Virus record (IMG/VR): IMGVR_UViG_3300009509_000054
Reading direction: 5' to 3' (one strand)
DNA from: a virus
DNA: 38,904 bases
Shown: positions 21,026 through 29,921 of the stretch, in pieces
How positions within the stretch are numbered: the stretch's first letter is position 1
How the letters are laid out: each line of letters starts with the position of its first letter
Notes under the pieces: model-generated
Told to the model about the DNA's origin: nothing
The model's database searches: none
The model's input: the letters and a program-made list of their open reading frames with translations, nothing else
Program-made: the position numbers and the translations under genes

Positions 21026-23416
21026 CTATGAACCAGACACCACACCGGCAATCAATATGGCGTTTGCGCCACCACTAAGAACACCCAATATATCATAATT
21101 GTTTGGTGCCGGGTAGAGTGGATCTGGGAATATTATAATAGTGATTTCTGCGCTGGTGCCATCTGCAGCCACATTATCCACTACGATATTCGCTGGGGTG
21201 TTTCCTATAGCCTCAAATGTCATCCCATCCTCAAATCCAGCACCATATGCTGTAGCTGGAGTTGGGATAAGCTCTGGAATAAGCGACGGATTAACCGCTG
21301 TAATCGAAAGTTCTGGAGTCGGTGTTGGAGTTGGCGATGGCCCTGTATTGGTCATGTTTACTTTAACACCAGGAATTGGGTCTGCTGGGTCAAACAGCGC
21401 TATCACATCAACATATACGATGCTATCTGGTAGAAGTTCCTCATTTGCTTGAATCCAAGCATACAATTTATCTATTGGGCCGTCGCCACCAAATACCAAA
21501 TAATTTGTTGAGGCTTCTCTTTTGTATGCTGCCACGACCGAATTCTTATCTTGTGGGTCGTAGTCTTGCGCTGGGAAAATCTTAGGACTAGTGAGCGCGC
21601 CGCCTACTTCTGACGAGAAGTACAAGCCTTCTTGCGTAGAATTAGAATCCGGACTAACAAAGAATGCAGAACTTCTTGTCCTATATGCCCCATCCGAGTA
21701 ACGTATTGCAAACGCTGCATTGGCTGGAAGCTGTGTAGATCCTTCCCATGTCAGAGCGCCAGAATAGACAATCTTTGGGCCTGGCGTTGGAGACGGAGGC
21801 GGAGGAGGCGGTGTCGGGGTAGGCGATGGCGCAGGAAGTGGAGTAGGTGTGAAACCTGGCCCTGGTGTTCCAGAACCACCAGGAACTGGCGTTGGCGTAG
21901 GCGACGGTATAGAATATGGCGGATTGGGAAATCTTGGCGTATCTCCAGGGTTTGGCCATGGCGTCGGAGTTCCATCGCCGCCGCCTCCACCACCATCGCC
22001 GCCATCGCCGTCGCCGCCATCTTCTCGGCAGTCATCGGGCGTTATGCCCAAACAGAACTCAATTGGAAGCTGCCACTCGCATTCTGCCAAATCCTGCGCC
22101 AAGCTGGCTAGAATTGTTCTTGCTTTAGCGTCTTTTTCTTCGATGAATGCCTTAACCTGTCTGTTGTAATCGGCATCTATTTCTTCTAGTCTTTCCCTAA
22201 AATGGGCTATAGTCTTATCAAGAAGATCGCTCAGATGAACAGAAACGAACTGCGTAACTTTGGTCCTATCTGCCGCCACAGCCTCATCCAAGATCTCGTA
22301 GCCGCCTGGATAAGCTGCAAGTTGTACGTCAGCATCATCTGTGTTCTTAACTTCAATTGGATCGTTTACGGGCTTTAAAAGCTTATATTCGAATTCATCG
22401 TCTGTCCACTCAAGCGACCTATTGATAGGCGATGCGATAACTTGATTGGCAGGATCGTCGTCGTCAGGTACCTTTAATTTGGCCTTTAGAACATGCAATT
22501 TACCAGCGTCGGCATCAAGTTCGACACCTATAATTGCAGTATCATATATGTCATCTGAATCAATGAATTTAATCCCAGTGAATTCATGGGCTATATCAGG
22601 GGCATCCTGGCCTGGGTCTCCCATCTCGCCTTGCGGGCCATCTCCAGTCCCATCGGCTCCTGTGTCGCCTTTTTCTCCTTTGTCTCCCCTCGGGCCTTTG
22701 CACGATCTCAATTCTATACAAAAACTGTCAAGGACTTTTTCGGCTACTTTGATATCAAGCCCTGGTGATTGCTTGCCGCCGTCGCAATCCTTGTAGTCCA
22801 ATCTGCAGTCTTTAGCGAAATTAATTGGATTACCATTGTTGTCAACGCATGTGATGTCAAGCGTGTCGCTTATGAGCTCGATATCCCCCATTATTACTCC
22901 ATTCTCATTCGCCTGGAGAGGATCGTATATGATGAATTCGTCGCCGTTGCGAGCTTCGCTAGCATCTCCTTGCAAGATAAACGATGTATCGTCGTTCGTA
23001 TAAATCAAGAAGGTGTCGCCATTTAGAGTGCCCTTCGTAAATCTCAGAAAATGCCCGTCATATAGCGACGGCCCATAAGGCTCACCGCGTCGCGGTTTAA
23101 TTCCATAGACTACTGAACCAGATTCATTCTTTACAGCGCCATATGTGATGTCTTTAAGCTTAGTTGGAATATCGTATGGGGCAACGCTAAGCAGCGGCTT
23201 GGCTACGATGCCGAAGTGGCCGCCTTTTTCTGGGATAGAGTCTAACAATTGCTTGAGGCGTCTGCTGAGAAGGCCATTCTGGATCTCAGATGCCATCGGC
23301 ACGTCTGTAACAGTACCAGATCTTCTCCAGCACTTGATTGACGCGTCATATATCCATTTCATTCTGTACGCGTCAATGAATTCTTGACCATCAAATGGCA
23401 CTAGCGGAAATGTCAT
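21026..23416 (-). CDS. Large structural protein (796 aa) with a collagen-like segment plus long Pro/Thr-rich and Gly/Asp-rich low-complexity linkers
   Basis: It carries GPRGDKGEKGDTGADGTGDGPQGEMGDPGQD (G-X-Y triplets). Low-complexity tracts include GGDGDGGDGGGGGGDG and PTPTPVPGGSGTPGPGFTPTPLPAPSPTPTPPPPPPSPTPGP. The C-terminal region shows a beta-rich pattern. Confidence 0.7.
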   Translation of the reverse strand: MTFPLVPFDGQEFIDAYRMKWIYDASIKCWRRSGTVTDVPMASEIQNGLLSRRLKQLLDSIPEKGGHFGIVAKPLLSVAPYDIPTKLKDITYGAVKNESGSVVYGIKPRRGEPYGPSLYDGHFLRFTKGTLNGDTFLIYTNDDTSFILQGDASEARNGDEFIIYDPLQANENGVIMGDIELISDTLDITCVDNNGNPINFAKDCRLDYKDCDGGKQSPGLDIKVAEKVLDSFCIELRSCKGPRGDKGEKGDTGADGTGDGPQGEMGDPGQDAPDIAHEFTGIKFIDSDDIYDTAIIGVELDADAGKLHVLKAKLKVPDDDDPANQVIASPINRSLEWTDDEFEYKLLKPVNDPIEVKNTDDADVQLAAYPGGYEILDEAVAADRTKVTQFVSVHLSDLLDKTIAHFRERLEEIDADYNRQVKAFIEEKDAKARTILASLAQDLAECEWQLPIEFCLGITPDDCREDGGDGDGGDGGGGGGDGTPTPWPNPGDTPRFPNPPYSIPSPTPTPVPGGSGTPGPGFTPTPLPAPSPTPTPPPPPPSPTPGPKIVYSGALTWEGSTQLPANAAFAIRYSDGAYRTRSSAFFVSPDSNSTQEGLYFSSEVGGALTSPKIFPAQDYDPQDKNSVVAAYKREASTNYLVFGGDGPIDKLYAWIQANEELLPDSIVYVDVIALFDPADPIPGVKVNMTNTGPSPTPTPTPELSITAVNPSLIPELIPTPATAYGAGFEDGMTFEAIGNTPANIVVDNVAADGTSAEITIIIFPDPLYPAPNNYDILGVLSGGANAILIAGVVSGS

Positions 23417-23470
23417 GGTATCTCTAGCCTACATACCTAAAATATATTTGATGTACTTTATCTACGTGGG

Positions 23471-24310
23471 CTAGGCTACCATGATTTTTGATATGTTGGC
23501 TAAAGCAACATCTTTGATATCAATCGGGCACCCTGCAATATCTATATAGATATCGCCTTGGGCTGCTTCCGCCAAGAAATAAATCATATGCTTTGTGTCG
23601 CCGACGCTCAGAGGCATGTGCATAGCCCTTCTTAAATTCATGCCTCTGTCTACAGCATCCTTTATCTCTTCTCGAATAATTTCGAACTCAGCGGTGGCAC
23701 ATATCTGCGATGTTATTTGGTCAGACAAGCTAGGTGAGAAACCATGTGGATCTTCAGTGATTTCTGAAGCAACTTGTGATATGCGATTCTCGTAAAAACG
23801 AACAGCTCCCCATAACCTCTTAGTTTCTTCGTGGCTTAAGCCAGCTTGCTGCGCTTGTTCTCTCTCCCAGCTAGTAGGCCATCCAGTCATGTATCGCCTA
23901 TAAACATATAATACCGGCCTATTCTGAATTATGTTGGGAATACCCTTCCTAATCGTTTGCCCAAACGCATGCGTGACACTCGGCGGCCTATCCATTTCAA
24001 CTGTATAACCACCGTCTTGTGCGAGTTTCTGGACCGTTCTTATAAATCTTTCAGCCGTTTCAGGGTCGTCCGGACCTATGGCTCTGAGCGCGCCTTTGTA
24101 TTCAAGTGAGGATAGTTCTTCGCGTGGTGCTCCAGCGCCAAAAAGTTCATAATCATCTATGCCTTCGCTGGCCAGCGACTCGGAGATTCGCTCACGTAAG
24201 CTAGCGTATTCCTGCTGCCTCTTGCGTTTCTCCTGTACCTCAGCCTTTCTTTTCTCTTCTTCGGGATCAATCTCTGATGGTACTCCATACCATTCTTCTT
24301 CGTATGGCAT
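23471..24310 (-). CDS. Hypothetical protein (279 aa) with an acidic/Lys-rich N-terminus
   Basis: An ORF without motifs. Confidence 0.5.
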   Translation of the reverse strand: MPYEEEWYGVPSEIDPEEEKRKAEVQEKRKRQQEYASLRERISESLASEGIDDYELFGAGAPREELSSLEYKGALRAIGPDDPETAERFIRTVQKLAQDGGYTVEMDRPPSVTHAFGQTIRKGIPNIIQNRPVLYVYRRYMTGWPTSWEREQAQQAGLSHEETKRLWGAVRFYENRISQVASEITEDPHGFSPSLSDQITSQICATAEFEIIREEIKDAVDRGMNLRRAMHMPLSVGDTKHMIYFLAEAAQGDIYIDIAGCPIDIKDVALANISKIMVA

Positions 24311-24333
24311 CTCTATTTCCTCATATGGACATT

Positions 24334-25041
24334 TTATATTTTACTAGCTAATATCTCTGATATGCCAGGTCTGGCAAACCATTTTTCGCTTTCTTCATTA
24401 AATTCTTTTCTAGTTATTCTGCCATCTAGCTTATCGTCTCCACTGACTTTGAGAATCCTAGTGGCACACCAGCGGTGTGGCACAAGAGTTTCAATGTCGC
24501 GAGCACCGACTAATTTCTCCCCATGGCGCAAAGCAGCTTGAGATACCATAACCCCAGAATCGAATAGCTGGCCACTCTTCTTCACCAGCGCAAAACTTGG
24601 CTTGCCGATTCTAAGAATGGTTGGATATTCGAACAACATACAAGCAGGGTGCAGGTAGTGTGGATCACGGAAATGCTCATAACCGACTGCGAAATTTTTG
24701 CCACGTTGGTTGTTAAGCTCTGATAACCACCCCTTTTGTGCGGCATAAGCGTCGGAGTCAATAGTGCAGACCAATCTAGTCTTTATTAGACCGCTCCTGT
24801 ACAACACTTGGTCAATGGCCCTGCCATGCTCCGATGCAGATTGTTTAACTTTACGAGATAGTAGGTGTATTTTGCTAGCTTTACCAAACGGAAGAAGATA
24901 TTCAAATGAGCCATCGGTGGAGCCGTTATCAACCACTATGAGTCTAAAGGGCATGTTTGTGTTACAGAATATGGATTTTACGCATAGCTCTATGAATGGC
25001 TTGGTATTATAGTTGACAGCTATAATTGTGACATCGGCCAT
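24334..25041 (-). CDS. Glycosyltransferase family 2 (GT-A fold)
   Basis: The N-terminus VTIIAVNYNTKPFIELCVKSI...RLIVVDNGSTDGS is the canonical GT2 start, including the DNGSTD motif. Confidence 0.8.
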   Translation of the reverse strand: MADVTIIAVNYNTKPFIELCVKSIFCNTNMPFRLIVVDNGSTDGSFEYLLPFGKASKIHLLSRKVKQSASEHGRAIDQVLYRSGLIKTRLVCTIDSDAYAAQKGWLSELNNQRGKNFAVGYEHFRDPHYLHPACMLFEYPTILRIGKPSFALVKKSGQLFDSGVMVSQAALRHGEKLVGARDIETLVPHRWCATRILKVSGDDKLDGRITRKEFNEESEKWFARPGISEILASKI

Positions 25042-25044
25042 ATC

Positions 25045-26772
25045 TTAGCCGACCCAGCTGTCCCCATTATAGAATTTGAGCCTGGTGCCGTCCCACCAGA
25101 AATCGCCGAAGGCTGGGTCACGTCCCAATAGAATCTTCAGTCTTGGCAGGACGTCATTTAGATAGTCATGATCGCTGCCGTCAGAATCGACAATTAGCCA
25201 AACAACCCTGTGTGTCAACGCCCCTGTCCACCCTATCGGCTCGATATCCGGGTTGTCTCTTCTATCAAGAGGGATTGATGCCTCTGTCCTGAAGTCATGA
25301 GATGTCCCAAGGCCCTGATCCGCCTCCACAACGTACTTGTTATCTTCATTCGGCGGATAATCTGGGAATCTGCTGCCTCTTAATGCTTCGAACATCCCGT
25401 ACGTTGGAATGTTCTCTGGAACACGGCTAATGCCGAACGACGACACGCGACCAGCAGTCTCAGTGAAGCCGATCTTAGGAGGCGTATCAATGATCGTTTT
25501 GAACAAGTCGAAGAAATCACTAATTTCAGATGACGTCGCGCTCCATTTCGATGACAACACAACATGCCCAAGGCCGAATCCTTGGTAAAATTCAGCGTTA
25601 GCCGAATATAGTGGCCATAGGTTGTCATTAGGCACTATTGGCAGAACTCTACCGTCCTGATAGCTTCTGTCGAGATCGAGCGTGGCAAATTCTATCGGAG
25701 TCGTTGATTTTGGATCTACCGCAAATGTTGAGAAGTAAAAACGGAGCTGTTCTGCAGCGGCATCAAGCCTCTCGATGCCGCTCAGCCAAACCGGGAAATA
25801 ATCGCCAGTTAAATCGCCAGTCGGTCTATCGGATGCCGGTGCTACTATGTTGAATTCCCTGAACATGGCAAATGGGACAATGATCGTGGGATGCGTGGCC
25901 GACTGCAGCGAAGCATCGACATCATAAGGATAATTGAAAGCGAGCAGCCACGTCTCGATGTCGGAATCCAATTGCGGGATTGGATTCCAAGCGCTCAGGG
26001 TCAATAATCCTGTTCCATGCACCATCGTTATTGTATCAAAGTCGTCAGTGCCGCCGGGTTGGCTGTCGACTACCTCATAGACAGTCGGATTTGGATATTC
26101 ACCACTGCTGTCTATTGTTCCGGTTGGCGGCGCTAGAAATTCAAAAAACTCAGCATACTCAGAGACAGCGGTGTCAAGAGTGCGGAAAGTAACCCATCCT
26201 GCAATCGTTTCTGATTCACCTGGATCGATTGGGTTGGACTCCTCAGTATTGGATGGTATGCTTACGGGCATTATCTGATAAGTGAGGTCGCTATCGATTT
26301 CGTAATCCACTTGGAATAACGAAACTTCTATCGCCGACCCTACCTGATTCCCAGTAAAAACAAGCCTAAGCTTGCCGGTGAATATCATCGAGCTTCCGAC
26401 AGATTCATTCTCTCCGCTTACTCTCTTTATCCTTGCTAGTCTGACGTTCTCCCATTTCTTCGGCATGGACGGATGCATATCCCAAATCCATCCAAGCGGA
26501 ACGTCAGTGACGGAGGTGCCGCTCGTAACCTGCGGCTGAATGACAAACGGGAATAATGCTTGGTGCCCAAGCCTCAAGTTTATGATGTCAAGCGTTTTGG
26601 CGAGAATCAACTGGCGCATGGCCAAATCGCCAGTTGGCCTGTTAAGAACGTCGAAATAAACAGGATCCTGAGCAACAAGCCAACGGATAGCCAAACTAGT
26701 ATCAGTGCTGAATCTAGAAAACAATGTTCCAGGAGCTATCGTTGGAACTAAATCAGGATTTATGACGGCCAT
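25045..26772 (-). CDS. Large hypothetical protein (575 aa), possibly a virion or morphogenesis protein
   Basis: A strong SD, GGAGGAG, lies 4 nt upstream of the ATG. I cannot assign a fold from sequence alone. Confidence 0.55.
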   Translation of the reverse strand: MAVINPDLVPTIAPGTLFSRFSTDTSLAIRWLVAQDPVYFDVLNRPTGDLAMRQLILAKTLDIINLRLGHQALFPFVIQPQVTSGTSVTDVPLGWIWDMHPSMPKKWENVRLARIKRVSGENESVGSSMIFTGKLRLVFTGNQVGSAIEVSLFQVDYEIDSDLTYQIMPVSIPSNTEESNPIDPGESETIAGWVTFRTLDTAVSEYAEFFEFLAPPTGTIDSSGEYPNPTVYEVVDSQPGGTDDFDTITMVHGTGLLTLSAWNPIPQLDSDIETWLLAFNYPYDVDASLQSATHPTIIVPFAMFREFNIVAPASDRPTGDLTGDYFPVWLSGIERLDAAAEQLRFYFSTFAVDPKSTTPIEFATLDLDRSYQDGRVLPIVPNDNLWPLYSANAEFYQGFGLGHVVLSSKWSATSSEISDFFDLFKTIIDTPPKIGFTETAGRVSSFGISRVPENIPTYGMFEALRGSRFPDYPPNEDNKYVVEADQGLGTSHDFRTEASIPLDRRDNPDIEPIGWTGALTHRVVWLIVDSDGSDHDYLNDVLPRLKILLGRDPAFGDFWWDGTRLKFYNGDSWVG

Positions 26773-26784
26773 TTGGCTCCTCCG

Positions 26785-27171
26785 TTATTTGCCCAAACCG
26801 GCAGCGCCAGTAGCTTTGCCACCGGCCTGCATGGCGGACATTATAGCTTGGTAATTGGATCCGCCCTCTTCGAATGTCTCTTTGAATTTCGTCAGATTCC
26901 CCATTAAATATTCAAGCCTGGTTTTGGCTTGCGCATTGGTCGCTATTACTGGTAGCTTCCCAAGATCCATCACTAATGCATCAATGGACTTCTTAAAATT
27001 AACGGTAATGGCGTCTATTTTCTTGTCGGCCTCATCCTGTGACATGCTCAGCTTGTCTTTAGCAACAGGCTGAGTACCAGTAGTTCCAGGCGCAGCTGTG
27101 GGCGTGGCCGGTGCGTCAGCACCAGTTGGAGCACCGTCAGCTTCCCTAAGATATAATCTAAATAATTTCAT
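26785..27171 (-). CDS. Hypothetical protein (128 aa) with an Ala/Pro/Thr-rich N-terminus
   Basis: An ORF whose N-terminal low-complexity linker is followed by a helical-looking domain. Confidence 0.45.
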   Translation of the reverse strand: MKLFRLYLREADGAPTGADAPATPTAAPGTTGTQPVAKDKLSMSQDEADKKIDAITVNFKKSIDALVMDLGKLPVIATNAQAKTRLEYLMGNLTKFKETFEEGGSNYQAIMSAMQAGGKATGAAGLGK

Positions 27172-27219
27172 ATATTTACTTGCCCACTTTGACTCTGTGG
27201 TATTTTTGATAAACCCAAT

Positions 27220-27411
27220 CTATATGCTGTCTAACTTTTCAAATTCTTTCTGAATTACCCCTAGCATTACTGCTATTTCGTCAAGACGCGCCATTATGGC
27301 ATTGCTGTCCGTCAACATAACATCCCCCAGCAATTTAAGCAACTTATCTTTCTCTTCAGTAAGTTGCCTTTGCTGTTCAACGAGGTATATTCTAAATTCA
27401 TTCGTCTTCAC
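27220..27411 (-). CDS. Small hypothetical coiled-coil protein (63 aa)
   Basis: An ORF only. Confidence 0.3.
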   Translation of the reverse strand: MKTNEFRIYLVEQQRQLTEEKDKLLKLLGDVMLTDSNAIMARLDEIAVMLGVIQKEFEKLDSI

Positions 27412-28855
27412 GCGGATCGAATTTCTCTTTTAATTTAAGGAGAATAGTTTCTTTATCTATTGCCGGATCGTCAAGTTGCAATTCTTTCGCGTACTTCTTC
27501 ATTGTCCCAATGGTAGGACCCTGCTTTATACCAAAAGCATCCATTATGTCTTTGCCGCTGATGATGTCTTTCTCTGTGGGTGCTTCTGTGGTGGCCATCA
27601 CCTCATATCTTCGACGTATCAAATTGAATACTGAAACATCAGCTCCTGGGTGCGCTTCGTGGTCTGCTTGCATTAAGTCTAATGCATCATCAAGCTCAAT
27701 CCCAAGCTCTTGGCATTTATTGCGGAATCTCCTGAGTGTCTTGTCTGTTATTTCTCCATTTCTTCCAGACCTTAAAGCCATATGTCTATCGATTAAAGCG
27801 ACCACAGCATTGACAATATCGTTGGGAAATTTCAGCCTCTTAAGAATTTTGCGGGCTTTGTCAGCCCCAGCAGTCTCGTGTCCAATAAATTCATAGTGTT
27901 TACGCGGGTGTGGCGTCCTCGTGTCCGGTTTGGCTATGTCATGCAATAATGCTGCAAGCCTTGTCGTAAGGCGCGGCGGGGTTTTGGATAACACATCCAT
28001 AGTATGACCAAACGCATCCTTATCGTGATATATCCCCTGTTCTAATCCAGCCAATTCTTTAAGCTCTGGAATCACATAATCAATCAAACCAGTCTGCATT
28101 AATAATTCAATAGATTCAACTGGTCTTTCTGATATCATCATTTTAGAAAACTCAGTTGCAATTCTTTCGGCAGAGATTGTTGACATCTTTTCAACGTTTT
28201 TCTGGATGCCGTCTAGAACAGAATCATCAATTTTATACCCCAATTTCGCAAAGAATCTAATAACTCTCAGCATTCTGAGCGGATCGCCAACTGGTGGATA
28301 GCCGAATGTTTCATCTGGGTCTATTGGTGTGCGAATGGCTCTATTCTTAATATCACGAATTCCCATACCAGTCGGATCAAGGATTTCGCCAGTAGTAACA
28401 TTCTTGTAAAGCGCATTAATTGTCAAATCTCTTCTTTTAGCGTCGTCTTCCATTGTTCCTTGGGCGGTAATTACATCTTTCCTGCTTTTACCTGTCGCAC
28501 TCTCATCCTTGCGTGGCTTCACGCATTCAATATCTAGTCCGGATAAATCATGGCCTATGTTGGAGATATGCCGGAATGTGAACATAGCAGTTCCAAATTT
28601 CGGATAAACTACTGGATTTGAATTCTCTTTGTATATCCCTAGTTTATTGCATATCCAGTTGGCAAACTTTATTCCGCCATCCTCTTCGTCAATCACTAAG
28701 TCGATGTCTTTTGATGGTTTCCCTAGCAACTCGTCTCTGACGAACCCTCCTGCGATATAAACTTTACCCTCATATGGTGTATCTTCGATGGTTTTCCGAA
28801 TAAGGTCTATGGCGGCTTCTTCCTTCGCGCCCTCAGATAGTACGTATAATTTCAT
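27398..28855 (-). CDS. cca: CCA-adding enzyme / tRNA nucleotidyltransferase (class II Pol-beta head) with a C-terminal HD phosphohydrolase domain
   Basis: GGFVRDELLGKPSKDIDLV gives the GGxVRD...DxD catalytic motif. RRDLTINALY gives the RRDxTxNA motif. HDIAKP gives the HD-domain motif. Confidence 0.9.
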   Translation of the reverse strand: MKLYVLSEGAKEEAAIDLIRKTIEDTPYEGKVYIAGGFVRDELLGKPSKDIDLVIDEEDGGIKFANWICNKLGIYKENSNPVVYPKFGTAMFTFRHISNIGHDLSGLDIECVKPRKDESATGKSRKDVITAQGTMEDDAKRRDLTINALYKNVTTGEILDPTGMGIRDIKNRAIRTPIDPDETFGYPPVGDPLRMLRVIRFFAKLGYKIDDSVLDGIQKNVEKMSTISAERIATEFSKMMISERPVESIELLMQTGLIDYVIPELKELAGLEQGIYHDKDAFGHTMDVLSKTPPRLTTRLAALLHDIAKPDTRTPHPRKHYEFIGHETAGADKARKILKRLKFPNDIVNAVVALIDRHMALRSGRNGEITDKTLRRFRNKCQELGIELDDALDLMQADHEAHPGADVSVFNLIRRRYEVMATTEAPTEKDIISGKDIMDAFGIKQGPTIGTMKKYAKELQLDDPAIDKETILLKLKEKFDPREDE

Positions 28856-28870
28856 AAAATATGTTTGCTA

Positions 28871-29146
28871 TTAATGCGGCTTAATGATTTGTCGGACCAT
28901 TGGCCGATGGGCTATTTGCTGGCTGCGCATTCTCATATTATTTGGGGGGAGCTCTGGTAGTTTATATGACCCACATTGCGGCTTTTCTGCATCTTGCCTG
29001 TCAATAGCCGCGCATATTCGCTGTATTTGCTCTGGGGTAGTCTTCGGATTATCATCACCTATAATTTTTGGGCCAGCCACGGAACCGACGCTTGCCTTAG
29101 CCCTTGGCCATGGTTTAGCTTCTGGTTTGATCCTGATGTTTTTCAA
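28871..29146 (-). CDS. Hypothetical protein (91 aa), TTG start
   Basis: AGAGGA lies 7 nt upstream of the TTG, and a TTGA overlap couples it to the upstream gene. The mirror plus-strand ORF 28884-29159 is hydrophobic and Cys-rich and looks like antisense noise. Confidence 0.35.
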   Translation of the reverse strand: MKNIRIKPEAKPWPRAKASVGSVAGPKIIGDDNPKTTPEQIQRICAAIDRQDAEKPQCGSYKLPELPPNNMRMRSQQIAHRPMVRQIIKPH

Positions 29147-29787
29147 ATTATTCCTCTAGACGATAGAAGCGCCAATATACTTATAGCAAGCGGCAGCAAA
29201 ATAGCTACAATTTTAATGCCTATTTCGAACCAAAATCTGAATGTCTTAACACGCTCACGTCCTTCTTCAGCCGATACTTGACGCCGCTCTTCCTCTTCCT
29301 CTATCCAAGATTCAAGATATTCTGCGCGATCTAACAATCCAGGTGCCCGCTCACCTGTTTCTTTGTCTATCCACCCGAAGATACGCTTTCTATTTTCTGA
29401 AACATGATCGCCAATCGTGCCCATGGTTTCACGTGTTTTTTCACCATTGAGCAGTGTTTTGCTTGTCATATCTATTCGGGTAGTCAGATCTTGGATTTTG
29501 GATACTAGTTCGTTGATATTGCGTTCGATAGGGGCAATTTTGCGATCGGTGAAACGCTCTAAAGCATCAGCGCGTGACTCTTCAACGTCATCTTGGCAGG
29601 ACTTATGATGCTCTGATATTAGGTCCTTGACTTTCGCCTCAGCTATTTGTTCCCTTAATTGTATCGTTTCTGTTGGCCTGCTGCGCAACAGACGAATAGC
29701 CTCTGCCATTTCTTTTTGCAACGCGCTCGCGCACTCTATCGAGTCTCTCAACGCACGCAGTGTTTCTGAGAGCAACTGATCGTCCAT
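29143..29787 (-). CDS. Coiled-coil protein with a single C-terminal transmembrane helix (tail-anchored topology)
   Basis: The N-terminal two-thirds is heptad-rich and charged. The C-terminus IGIKIVAILLPLAISILALLSS is an obvious TM segment. Confidence 0.55.
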   Translation of the reverse strand: MDDQLLSETLRALRDSIECASALQKEMAEAIRLLRSRPTETIQLREQIAEAKVKDLISEHHKSCQDDVEESRADALERFTDRKIAPIERNINELVSKIQDLTTRIDMTSKTLLNGEKTRETMGTIGDHVSENRKRIFGWIDKETGERAPGLLDRAEYLESWIEEEEERRQVSAEEGRERVKTFRFWFEIGIKIVAILLPLAISILALLSSRGII

Positions 29788-29887
29788 TCGTCCAAGCCCT
29801 CACCAAATCATCAAGCTCAACGACCAGGGCTTCCAGATCATGGTTGAGCCGGATAATGCCAGTTAATAGCTCGTCATCGCGGCTCAT
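29639..29887 (-). CDS. Hypothetical 82-aa ORF with an excellent SD; it overlaps the next gene by about 150 nt in another frame
   Basis: AGGAGG plus a 7-nt spacer precedes the ATG at 29887. The N-terminal half looks coding and helical. The C-terminal half reads like off-frame sequence of the overlapping gene. Confidence 0.4.
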   Translation of the reverse strand: MSRDDELLTGIIRLNHDLEALVVELDDLVRAWTNGRSVALRNTACVERLDRVRERVAKRNGRGYSSVAQQANRNDTIKGTNS

Positions 29888-29921
29888 TGATCAGCCTCCT
29901 ACGACACCCGTCGTTGCCCTC

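Noticed and set aside
21632-22169. Arg/Trp-rich plus-strand ORFs (for example 21632-22111, RRRRRRRCRGRRWRRKW).
   Set aside because: They are the antisense reading of the Pro-rich CCN codon tract of gene 21026-23416, a compositional artefact.
28884-29159. A 91-aa plus-strand hydrophobic ORF mirroring minus ORF 28871-29146.
   Set aside because: It lies in reverse orientation within a tightly coupled minus-strand operon and its Cys/Leu-rich composition is typical of antisense. The minus ORF has an SD and TTGA coupling.
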